Source: Hydrolagus colliei
Taxonomy: Eukaryota
DNA length: 64,000 bases
Direction of reading: 5' to 3'
Assembly: GCA_035084275.1 (NCBI GenBank)
Contig: CM068749.1
Location: forward strand, 15,500,001 to 15,564,000
The translations under genes and the position numbers were made by a program. The notes under the pieces are model-generated. The model saw only the letters and a program-made list of their open reading frames with translations. It had not been told where the DNA came from and did no database searches. Of this stretch, positions 52,708-64,000 are shown in pieces (positions within the stretch are counted from its first letter, which is position 1; each line of letters starts with the position of its first letter).

Positions 52708-52798
52708 TAGGCAGAGGGAACCTTGGTTTGATACCACATCTGAAGGATGGCAGATCCGATAATGCAGCAACTTCCCCAGCACTGTACTGGAATATGGC
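52708..52798 (-). mobile_element. Deu-domain fragment
   Basis: ccttggttt...catctgaaggatggca...aatgcagcaacttccccagcactgtactgg; shares catNtgaaggatggca-type motif with 22881-22899. Confidence 0.6.
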
Positions 52799-52852
52799 AC
52801 ACCCATCAGAATTTGATCTTGTGACACTGAAACAGCACAATTTCCATGCATT

Positions 52853-53808
52853 TTGTCCATATGCGATCAGGGCTCACTCCCTCTTGTCCTCCTTGTCCTC
52901 CTTGACCTCTCTGCTGCCTTCGATACCACTCTATCCTATCCACCGCCTTTCCTCTATCCTCATGGTTCTGTCCATGAATGGTCCAGATCCTACCTCACAC
53001 AATCACCAATTGCTATGCGCAATTGGCTGCTGCATATCTCCCACATATATACAGTCAATTCACTTTACAGTATATTCTGTGAAGCTCTTTGTGACGTCTG
53101 GAAGACGTGAAAAGCGTTATATCCAATGCAAGGATTATTATTATTATTATTATTATCTCCACAAACGGTTTCTCCTCTAGCCCCCGCACTGTCTCGTGCG
53201 GAGTTCCTCGGGGTTCTGTCCTTGGTCCCCTCCTTTTCAATTTCTATATGCTCCCACTTGGTGACATCATCCGCAAACATTAGGTCAATTTCCACATGTA
53301 TGCGAATGACACCCAACTTTATCTCTATGCCACCAATGTTGATTCCAGGACTACTGCAGTCTTGACGGAATGTCTGTCATATATCAAGTCTTGGATGAGA
53401 GCTAACTTTCTATGGTTGAATGTCAATAAGACTGAGGCCCTCTTAATTGGCCTCCACACCACAGTCCGTATCCTCTCCCACACCAGACTTTGCAACCCTA
53501 TCAACCCATCCTAGCTCCTCCTTGGCTCCCAAATCCTTCCCTCCACCATCGGTAGACACGGCTTCGGCCACTAGGCCCCGAAGCTCTGGAACTCCCTTCC
53601 TCACTCCCTTCCTCACCCCCTTCCTCACCCCCTTTGCCTCACCCCCTCTCTTCCTAGTTTCAGGTCTCAGCTCAAGACCTTTCTTTTCGACAGCACCTTT
53701 GGTCACCTTTTTCCCCCTGCCTATGGCTTGGGCCTGGGATCCGTTATTGTGAAGCGTTCTGAGACACCGTCTGGCATGGAGGGATATAAATCAAAGTTGT
53801 TGTTGTTG
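52853..53808 (+). mobile_element. Decayed L2 LINE (RT core plus 3' end, internal deletion near 53470)
   Basis: [65 protein letters not shown], (GTT)n tail; stops present and catalytic YADD changed to YAND. Confidence 0.92.
53011..53154 (+). mobile_element. 5'-truncated SINE nested in the L2 RT, (ATT)n tail
   Basis: Family core and tail interrupt the L2 frame between SYL... and STNGFSS. Confidence 0.9.
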
Positions 53809-53846
53809 ACTACACTTACTTCCAATCACACAGATAATACAGTTCG

Positions 53847-54166
53847 AGACCCTGGTCCTCAGCTTCAAAGCTCTCCATGGTTTTTGCTCCCCCCAACCTC
53901 TGGGACCTTCTAACCCCCTACCAACCTGCCCATTCTCTATGCTCAGTGGGCAACAGCTTGCATTACGTCCCGAAGCTTGCCTCCTTTTAAGACCCATTTC
54001 AAGAACCTCCTCTTCGACTATGCCTTCTGTCATCATCCTTCCCCCACCTTGCTTTCCACTCTCCGCGATCCCGACCCCAGTTCGGGTCCGATACACGGAT
54101 TGTCTAGCGCCTTGGGATGTCCTCCCGACATGAAAGGCCCTATACAAATGTAATTTTATTGTTATT
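53847..54166 (+). mobile_element. L2 3' fragment
   Basis: FKALHG, ASFKTHFKNLLF, agcgccttgggatgtcc...tgaaaggccctatacaaatgtaatttt tail. Confidence 0.85.
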
Positions 54167-55770
54167 AAGTATTAGACAGTACCACTGTCAAAACCACTTC
54201 GCTCAAGCACTGTTTGGCTAGCAGAATGTTGAGCCCTGTGTGTTTAACACCAAATCAAACTTTTTTTTCCCCTCCAAAAACAACTCTGGACTCCTACACA
54301 GTTACAAAACACTTACGGTTGGAGAACTCTGGTAGCTTAACATCATCAATCTCTTTTGCATTAAGTAATGAAAGGCATCTCCACAACATTCCTGGCAGCA
54401 TGTTTAATGAAGCACATCTGGTACACCTTTTAGCACGTTGTGGAATGTTTGTCTCTTTTATCAGCAGTGAACATCAGGTAGTTCAGGCATTCAGAACAAT
54501 GCAATTAATCACTGAAGCATACACAATACTTGTAACATGGAAGACTGAGCTGAGTTAAGTTTTCAGCACATAGCTAATATTTCACACAATGGAAGAGTTT
54601 TTTTAAAAAAAGCAGGATAATGAAGTAAGCTTCCCAGATAAACGTTGGCAGTCAGCAAGATGGTACTCGGGTGAATGCATAAATCAATTGCCAACACCAT
54701 CTGTTGTATAAAACTCTAAAGATTTTTTGTAAAATTAATGCTCATTGTAATAAGGTATTCACTTCAGCTGTGATAAACTGTTGTGTCACCCATTTGCTTG
54801 AACAGTTATTGTGGATTACAATTGATTCAGAATTATTTTGTTAATTACAAAATAATTGAATTATTTACTTATAATGAAATAGTTTCTGTGATCAACTACT
54901 GCAGCATACCTTTAAAATTTCCTTCCAAACGTCCAGCATATGATTTTAATGATGCGTGTTTTCCATATAATAATACTTGCTTTGTGTGAGTAACCTAAAG
55001 CAGAATAATAGTTCTGTTTGATAATCGTGGCACCAGAATTATTGATGGAAATAAGTCTGGAGGAAGAAAACTGCCTTTGATTTTGTCTATAATTCAGAAG
55101 TTGTGCAATTTGTTTTTTTTAAAAAGATAACCGTATGATATTTGTACAATACTGCAATTGCAAATCAGGATGGATATTTCTCTTACCAGCTGAGGGCAGT
55201 GTAAACACAGAACAAATCAATGTTTGCTGTGATTCATCCTGAAATCATTTTCTTCTATATTAGCTTTGACTAATCAAAAGATTCTTGTTCAGTCTGCTCC
55301 ATCTTGACATTAAAAAGCATAAGTGGAAGACTTTGGTGGAATGTAGCACTTGCACTACTGTTGAATGGTCGCAATCTTCCACTGAAGGTTATGTATTTTA
55401 CAATGAGTATTTTGAAACTTTGTTATTTCTTGGATAATTGTACTTTAGAGAGATATTGAAAACGATTGCTTAAAATCAATGTAACTGTGGATGACATTCA
55501 CTGCAATCAGATAATGTAGACAAAATAAACTTACATCTATTGTATGAATCCTACGCAATTTATATGTATTCTATGAGATATTTGTAAAAGCTGGAAAGCC
55601 TATTTAGTCCATTGCTATTCAGTTAGGGATAGCCAATGAAATTAACAATTTCTAATATAAAAGTAGAGTTAAAAAGCAGTAATTTTTTAATGATATCTAT
55701 ACAAATGAGAATGCTTATTGTAAGACTGTTAATTTTTTAAGATGAGATAACTCATTAAAATATTGGAAAA

Positions 55771-56280
55771 ATAGTGCCTTTCATGTCAAGAGGACATGCA
55801 GAGGCACTGGACAGTCAGACATCTGAACTTGAACTGGTAGTTGGGATCAGGAGTTGTGGAGAGCAGGGGAGGGTGACAGTCGAAGAGGAGGGACCTAAAT
55901 TGGATCTTGAAGGAAGCAAGGGAGGGGGTGAGGTGCAGGAACTGAGGTTCTGGAGGGTGGGGGCAGAGAGTCTAAAGGCCTGCCGCCTGTGAAGCAGACT
56001 GCTGAGCGGAGGCAGTGGGCAGGTTGGTAGTGGGTTAGGAGATTGCAGACTTAGGCGGGAGTGAGGCCATGGAGTGCTTTGAAGGTGAGATCCAGAATCT
56101 TGAACTTTATCCTGTGTGATGGGAAGCCAGTGGAATCAAGTGAGGATGGGAGTGATAGGGTCATGGACCCTATTTCTAGAGAGGACACGGGCTGCAGAGT
56201 TCTGTATGATCTGCAGCCTGTGGAGGGAGGAGATAGAGAGGCTGACAAGCAGGGATTTGGCATTGTCGAGCCTGGATGAG
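55771..56280 (-). mobile_element. L2 3' fragment (~510 bp)
   Basis: Reverse strand SRLD...LHRLQIIQNSAARVL...ITPIL...HWLP...RIKFKILDLTFKALHGLTP. Confidence 0.9.
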
Positions 56281-59200
56281 ATTCAGTGTGTGCAAAATGC
56301 GAATTCAAATTCCCTTTATTCTGCTGGAACATTATTTATTTCACATCCCGAAGTTAAATATCAAATTGATCCATTCCAAAATTGAGTCTCATCCAAATTA
56401 CTCCCCGACACCCCTTTTGTGAACCTCAAAAGAGCTCCCCCTACTGTACTAATCAATGATTTCCTCTTCCTGAAAATCTTATGGCCTCTTGAATGAGATT
56501 GTGCCAATTTAAGAGTATTTTTATGTAGCAACTGATATACGTTGAGACCAACAAACTGATTGCATATAAGAACCATATTGACAATAAACTGAGAAGAGTT
56601 TCATTCTATCAGTCTTTACCTAATTTCTGATGAATATCAATTCCTATATTTTTTTTAATAAAATGAGAAACATGACCAAGTGATACAGTGTTTCAATAAA
56701 ACTACAAGATTAAGCTTGGGTCATCTAACAGCTATAATGATTGAGCATTGAAATAAGCCACTGGAGATTTCAATTTAACTAACAATCAAAGTTACACTGA
56801 GCAAGTTAATGTTGTTAACAGAGCACCAGTCTGCATCTCAGTGCTCCATCTAAGGAGAACATACAGGACGTGTTCAGCCAAACAGAACCTCACTTCATCT
56901 TCATCGATTTATTGATCAGCATTGACTGGAGTCACTGTGAATTTTATCATGCAGGCGACCCTGCCTCACAGAATGAAATAGTAAATGTAGTAGCATCAAA
57001 TGGTGGCAAGGATTATTTTGGAGAAAGGAAATCTGTCACTTCATTAAAAACGTTTAGAGATTGATTTTATTTTCCTAGGGAATTTTGTAATTTGTGCAAA
57101 AGCCGTTTTGTGGAGGCAGTTTGCTGGAATATTGTATAAAAATGTGGAAAAGCTAGCAAATAGTGCCATCAATGAATTAGCTTCTCGTACATAATGATAC
57201 TGGATCATTTCTTGTGCTTTTTAATATTTTAATGTACTGATAAATAAATCTCTAAATATTAAAGTTGGTGTGTGGGAAATGGTTGTTTTTAAGAAAAACA
57301 AGAGCCTCACTTGATTTGAAGAGTGGAACTGGATAAATATTTTGATGCATGTACACTAATATAAAAGCAGCTAAATTCAATTTACTTGTTACAACTGGAT
57401 ATACTGGTCAAAATAAAACTGCAACATAGACTAGGGCAAAGGAAATGGAACATCTACGATGGAAATCCATCTTTAACTGTGCAAATAGTCTTCTGCCAGC
57501 AAAACAAATAAAATAATCTCCATCTGATCATGTAAACTTTAAGCATATTTATCAGATTATATGACAAATAGTTGCTTAATGCTGATGTGAATACTAAAAC
57601 TTTGTGTTGCCCAAATATAGGTGAGCAGCATTATTAATCTTTTACAATACTTCTAAGAAAAGCAGCAATAAACTCAGAACTAATCCAGCTTTTGACATTC
57701 AACAATAGCAAGCATTTTACTATTGCCAAAGAATTTATAGCACATTTGGGACCAAGGATGTATTCACTAACCTATAGTTGATGAATTTTGCACAGGTATA
57801 TTTGTTAAATCTAAGCCCAAGTGACTACTTTACTGGGCTACTTCAGACAGCCTGTTTGCAGTGAGTGATCTAATAACACCCATCTGTCCCATAAATAGTG
57901 AATGGCTTCAGTGTACCATTTGTCGGGTGGTGTCATTATTCAGGGTGATTCTTTATCTATTATAGGAAACAACCTGAAAGAGTTTAATGATGCCTAAGCT
58001 GTTAAGCAGGTAAAGTATATTGTGATACCAACATTATTCTTGTGTCCTGTCCTTCTCCATATGACTAACCAATCCTCTTCTTCTTTAAAAGTGTTCCAAC
58101 ATACAGATCTTAAAAGTATTTACTGAAACCTTACAAAAGTACAAAACTTAGTGGAGATTATAAACACCATATGTCAAGGGCAGGCACACTGTGCAGTGGG
58201 CTGGTATAGCAATAAACTGTATGATCGAGAGGGAGCATATGGGTTCACAGTTGTGATTCCCCACAAGGCGAGTGCAATTTCCCCTGGGTGAAGACTTCAC
58301 ACTTTTCCACAAGGATGGATAAACAATGTAAGGGTGAGCAATCATGTAGTTTCTGGAGGTTATTTCAAGAACGCCATTGGCAAAAGCCTGGGAGTGTCTG
58401 CTACATCTGTAACAATACATCGAAAAATCCCAGAGCTACTCCCATTACAACGCTAGCCATCATTTTGAGCACTGCAGCACAGAGGTAGAATTGGACATAT
58501 TACAGCAGACATTTTGCAGGCCCATTCCACTTTGGATCATGTTTCAGCCTGTTCACTTTGCATTGCGGGCAGGTCATGCTTACAAAAAAGTGAACAGATT
58601 ACTTAATAATATAAGTAATATACCTAATACTTGTTATTATCATAGAGCAAGTGAATGCCACACTTTGAGTTTGTGGTTATTACATCTGGAAATGAAGTTA
58701 TCTTGGTGCATTGTAGAGAACATACAAATTGGGTGTCAATGTTCACAAACAGTCCATTTAGAGGTTAACAAACAGTCCATGTGAGATCTGAAATAACTTG
58801 GGAGCGAGCCCAGCACAGTTTACACCCACCATTTTCATACTGTGTGACAGTGAACCGCAGCACTCCTGAAACTGCCTCCTTCTCTGAACCTATTTTATTT
58901 TGTTTCCTGGGTTCCTCGGTGAGAAATGACCCCATGTTCGCTCTTTGTGGGAAATTCTCTTCTCCTTCACTGTGGTCACCTTCTTGTATGTAGGTTTTAT
59001 TCCTTTTCTTTGTTTCTGCCTCTGATTCTCCTTTATCAGTGAATTTGAAATATCCGTCTCTTTATGAATCTTTTCCTTTGTGACCAATTTGCATCCATTC
59101 TTCTAGGTGTGTTTTTGTGTTCTTTTTATATCACTCTCTTTCAAATCCCTTTTGTCCTTTCTTCCTTTATTAACAGCAGTTTTCTGCAGTCTAATACTAA

Positions 59201-59383
59201 TCTAGCCAGGTTTTATTTCATGCCCAATATTCTTTGGGAGTCATAATGTATAGAGGTTACTTCTTCACAATGTATAGTAAGATTAATTTGCACTGAAATT
59301 TCTGCACTGCATTTTATGATTAATGTATCTCTTCGATCAGGAATCTTTAGACAATAGGGAGCACCATGCACCATTGACTTAAG

Positions 59384-59690
59384 AATAGTAATAATAGTAA
59401 TCCTTACATTTGATATAGCACTTTTCACATCTTCAAGACATCTCAAAAGTGCTTCTCAGAATATACTCTAAAGCGAATTGACTGTATATTTGTCAGGAGC
59501 AAACCTGACAGTCATGAAAGTAGTGTCCCACAAACAGTCCTGAAAAATTACCAATTCATTATTGTTTTTTTTGATGGGATTATTATTGGGCATGTGGAGT
59601 AAGGAAACTTGACCGAGGTTTCACCCTGCTGGAATCAAACCCAGGTATCTTGCTTGTAAGTTGAGTGTTCTAACCACTGCTATGGGATTC
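59384..59690 (-). mobile_element. Full-length SINE, middle type B
   Basis: Reverse complement of head (gtgttctaaccact), gtggagtaaggaaacttg, A-rich middle, core and tail. Confidence 0.9.
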
Positions 59691-61974
59691 CTACAGGCTT
59701 ACAGGCGCTACAGGAGATTCCACATGGTTTGTGAGAAGTAGAAAGAAATCTTCTTCAAAATAGTCTTTTGTTTTGTTAAATTAAACAATACCTCATTCAA
59801 TAGAATTCACAATTATCCACTGCAAATTTCTTGAATAACTATCTTTAAAAATTGTAGCAGATTCATTGAACGTGCAAATTGATGCAGTTATTCTACATTT
59901 GCTTTTGAAAGTTGACATAGACAGACTACCCAAATCATTGTGCTGGATGGTTGCCGTGGGAGCAAACTATTATCTGTAGCAGCTAAACAAGTATGAAGTA
60001 CCTCAAACTGGATTTTTACAAGCCCAGTCCTCTGACCCAGGAACAAAACTGGATTTGCAAATCACCATTCTTGAGGGTAATGGTGTGTATCATGCCAACC
60101 TGCAGAAACTCTACTTTGGAACTTTATTCCCAGAGGCTACCTAAGTAGCACCGGTTTGGTTCCCATCAAGTTCCCAGGAACCTACTCTTTGAGAATCTTG
60201 GTGACAAATACCATATTTCCAATTCCAATATATCCGATGGAAAGGTATTAATAATGATTTTTGTATATGTAGTTGTAAAATATGTGTTTACATTTCATGC
60301 TGTTATCATTGGTTCTCTGTCAATCTGTGGGATAGGAAATCAGACAAAGTTACTCACTCCAGTTACTGCAAATGTTGTTGCAAACGACTGAGGTGTTGTT
60401 CCTGATTCTAGTTGCCCAGTGAGGATTATCAATGCACATGTTTCGTGCCTCTATGTGCAGGGCTCACTGCAGTGGGGTATCAGGAACAGCATTCCAATGT
60501 AATTTATACCCCCCACTCTCTTTATAATGCATATGTGGTGTGCATTTTTACTCTTTACATTTAGTAAATCCTGTAAAGTGCTTTGACACTCTTGCTAATG
60601 TAAAAGGTGCTAAAATCAAATAAAAAGATTAATATGAATGATGAGTTGAGGAAAATACATTTGAAAGTATAGTACTGTAGCAGGTTGTGGAGGAGATGAT
60701 ATGACACATGCTTGGCTAATTAAGTAAATTGAGATGGACCTTGAAGAACATTGATCGGGAAGGAAAGTCTTAGGGGTGTAATTTGCTGCTTGGAAGAAGC
60801 CTCCTAGCATACACCAGAACATTTCTATATTTTAAGAAGTGTGTTTTACCTTTGACAAGTTCATACTTTGGATATCCTGTGTATCCTGAATCCTTCTTTC
60901 CTGGAGTGCTCTTGTGACACCATTGAGGATCAAGCCATGTGTCTAGTGCCTCCCTTACATTTGTGGAAGATGCAAGTAGCCTTATATCTGTAGTTTCATT
61001 GAGAGCCAGAAAACTGTCATTGTATCTGTTCAGATTAACTGGTTAACTGGCGAACAATCTTCATCTCATTGGTTATTTGTGGGATCTTGCAAATGAAAAT
61101 TGTTGCTGTGTTTTCCTACAAAGTCACTTGCGAAATATTGCTGATGAAATACATTAAGGTGGTTTAATATGAAATGACATCCTGAAAATATAGGTTCTTT
61201 CCACATTCTCCCTTGCTCTTGTTGCTTTGAGGAATTGAATGTTCACTTTTGATCAATTCTCTTGAACAGATTGATGCCTCTGTATGTAGATGTAAGCAGG
61301 CTGTTTTGGACTGCGAGTTTAGGACTGAAGAATAAACTACAGAACTGGTGAATATTGGGAAACACGAGATAAGAATGTGAAATCCTGTGTTTGCAACTCC
61401 TTCAAAATATGGCTAGATCAATAACCGCACCTAAATGGTTGTAAAATAATTTGTTTTTGTGCAGTGTGTCTGACATATGCTTTAGAGTACCCAAACCAAG
61501 CTGATGAATTCCATGCATCCCACCAACACATAGAAATTCCAGAGATGGATTGTGGGAATGGAATGCGCACTCTCTCCTTGGAGGGTCCTGAAAAATATAG
61601 AGTAGAATATGAGCAAGACAATGAATAAATAAAATACTCCATGGAACACAATAGTTCTCATGTTCTTCAAATGATGGAAGTATTGCCAATGCAAAGTCAC
61701 TGGACAGTTTAGAATAATGAAGGTGCAAGCCCAGATGGATTTTGTGAAGGTTTACTTAAGGATTGTCAAGGAGATACTGCAGAAGATTTCTTTGGGAACT
61801 TAATTAACATGTTAGTACCATCTGGGCTTTCACCTTCACCTGTGTCCTGGCCAGTAACAACCTGCTTACATCTACATACATCTTCAGTTCCTACTGTCCA
61901 ATGCAAGATAAAACAGCTTATCATGGTTTACATTATCTATTACATTATCTATTATATTAATGATTGTGGTCAGA

Positions 61975-62098
61975 ATCTTAAAGACTACAATCATATCGCT
62001 CCTTAAGCTTCTCTTCTCCAGTGTGAACATGCCTAGTTTATCTAGTCACTCGTCGTAAACCAGTCCCTCCATCCTCTCAATCATCAGAGCTACGCTCA
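61975..62098 (-). mobile_element. CR1 ORF2 fragment
   Basis: MIERMEGLVYDE*LDKLGMFTLEKRSLRSDMIVVFKI. Confidence 0.85.
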
Positions 62099-62186
62099 AT
62101 TTATTCTCACTTGATATCCACGCACATGTATACTCAGCAGGAGGTGCTGTTTCCCTGGTTGATAATCCCCTCCCTAACCCCAGACT
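62099..62186 (-). mobile_element. AmnSINE2-like fragment
   Basis: ctcacttgatatccacgcac...ccctggttgataatcccctccctaacccc. Confidence 0.45.
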
Positions 62187-62740
62187 AAATGTACTTTGAA
62201 TTTCCTTTACAAATCATGACATAGGTTAGATAGTGCTTGTCTGTTGAGCCTTACACATTTGAGGCATTGAATGTAGTAAACGTTAGATTGTCTTTGATAC
62301 TCTGGAGAATTCTGTTTGAAGGATTTTGCCTACTTTGTTCACCTTTCTCTCGAGCTGCAGTTGTGGGCTATCATGAGTTAATTTTATTCACTGAACAGAA
62401 TATGTCAAACAGTTTTGTACTGGTAAGATACTAGTGTGGCAAATTTTATTTTGGTTAAAAATCTGCAAGAAATTAATCTGGGAAACTGGACAGGGAGCAT
62501 ACTTAGTGCCATAGCTCAAGGCCTGTATTGGTTCTCAATTATAATGCATTTATGCTTCACATCTTGCGTTGTTACAATGTAATTTACACCTCGTGGCAAT
62601 GTATAATAAGAAGAGGCCAAAGTGATTTTTTTTTTTACAAAGCCCACGCAGCCCATTGGACTGGGCACATCCTGTTTGTGCTTTTATAATTTAGAAGTTG
62701 GAAGGCAATGACCAAAGCTCTGAATAAGAACATAATCTAT

Positions 62741-63085
62741 ATTATAATCCTTGCATTTGATATAGCACCTCATCACATCTTCAAAATATGTCAAAGTGCT
62801 TCACAGAATATATTGTAAAGTGAATTGAATGTATTTTTATGGGCGAACATAAATGATAGATAAAAAAAAGACCAAGGTCCAGTATAGTTCACCTTATAGC
62901 CCATAATGTTATTTTCTGAAAGCAAAACGATCTCATCTATGGGTGAAGGAATCAATATTTCCTGCTTCAACCATGTCCCCAGACAACCTGTTCCATAGAT
63001 TTACCATTCGCTCACTGAAATAGTGTTTCTGTGGATTCGTACTGAATTTATCCACCTTCAGTCGCAGGCCGTGTGTGCATGTGTG
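62741..63085 (-). mobile_element. SINE tail (62741-62848) adjoining CR1 3' end (~62849-63085)
   Basis: ataatccttgcatttgatatagcacc...; aacctgttccatagatttaccattcgctcactgaaatagtg reads HYFSERMVNLWNRL on the reverse strand. Confidence 0.75.
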
Positions 63086-63639
63086 TTTAAGTCAAGATCC
63101 TATGACACTTTGAGTTTTTTAGATAGTGAGCTTTCATCTGTGTCCTGGCCGGTAATCACGTACAACTCGAGGCTTTTTGAGGGAACTTGCGGGGTTAAAA
63201 GGCAGCTATGTTTTCCCCAATAAAGAGTCACTATACTGTATTTAACAGCAATTACTTGTGGAAACAATTAAGCATGGTAGTGCGTTTCCACATTTCTGCA
63301 CGACACCCAGCTAGCCAAAGAAAATACAGATGTTTTTAAAATTCATTAAAGCCTTGTATGTTTCAATGTTATAAGGCATGAATAATGTGCATGTTTTGAA
63401 TAAATATATTTGTAGATTTCTGCTTTGCCAGTTTGGGCAATGGTTGGAGGAGCCAACACAAATCAGCACTGATGCTTCTTAATGCTCTAAACATTATTAC
63501 AGCTGCCAAATTGGATTTTACTGTATATTGGGACTGAATTTATTATTTGTACATGAAAACTTGTTAGTAACCATGACCCATGCACAATTATTGATATCAC
63601 TAGGACCAAAATTATTCAGACCAGAATTATTTCTAATAC

Positions 63640-63763
63640 AAAAAAAATTGGTCACTATTTGGGGGACCACACTGTGTGCAATTGGCTGCCTTGTTTTGGC
63701 CAGTCAATCAATTTTACAATGATGAGGCTGAATCTCAAGTGCAAGAATTATAATTATTATTAC
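63640..63763 (+). mobile_element. Decayed SINE core and tail
   Basis: ctgtgtgcaattggctgcc...aagtgcaagaattataattattatt. Confidence 0.6.
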
Positions 63764-64000
63764 TGTGGTGAATCACAGAAGCATGTTCCTTATCATGTTT
63801 GAAGATATTGATTGATTGGGAAAAATTTTTTGAAATATCTTTGACAAATATCAAACGAGCTGAAGCACTGACTTTCTATTTTGTTAGATGTTGAAAGTCC
63901 AAGCAATAGTACAGTATAACAACTCTGACTGAAATTCCTAGTGTTATGAGTGATCTGCTTTGCCTGAAGATAACAGAGAATTTGACTGAAGTTAACTTCC

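Noticed and set aside
52599-53180. Longest ORF (193 aa)
   Set aside because: Read-through across a Deu fragment, out-of-frame L2 and a nested SINE with an (ATT)n tail.
1020-63722. ORF-track entries as genes
   Set aside because: All are short (193 aa or less), lack recognisable host domains, and many overlap repeats; expected by chance in intronic or intergenic DNA.

Overview
AT-rich vertebrate genomic DNA, not prokaryotic. The repeat types (tRNA-headed Deu-type SINEs, L2, CR1, shark-type Penelope-derived foldbacks) suggest a cartilaginous fish, probably a chimaera such as Callorhinchus (inference from remembered consensus sequences, no database search). The only host coding sequence found is the 5' end of a minus-strand gene that the ORF track misses. 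A 22-nt first coding exon (3393-3414) splices in phase 1 to an exon starting at 108 and running off the window, giving MKFILLFVWLCSLPSADFSATRTFNCNENICNKNATCTTINGK (signal peptide plus start of an EGF domain), best matching adgrl4/ELTD1. The remaining ~60 kb upstream looks like a gene desert filled with SINEs, decayed L2/CR1/RTE fragments, MITEs and candidate enhancers. The most notable items are a foldback element carrying a Penelope-type hammerhead ribozyme core, an unclassified 226-bp DNA element with a 6-bp TSD, a modular SINE family with swapped middle domains, and an ETS/GATA/AP-1/GRHL motif cluster. I found no convincing novel multi-gene system. Repeat boundaries are approximate (about 10-20 bp).
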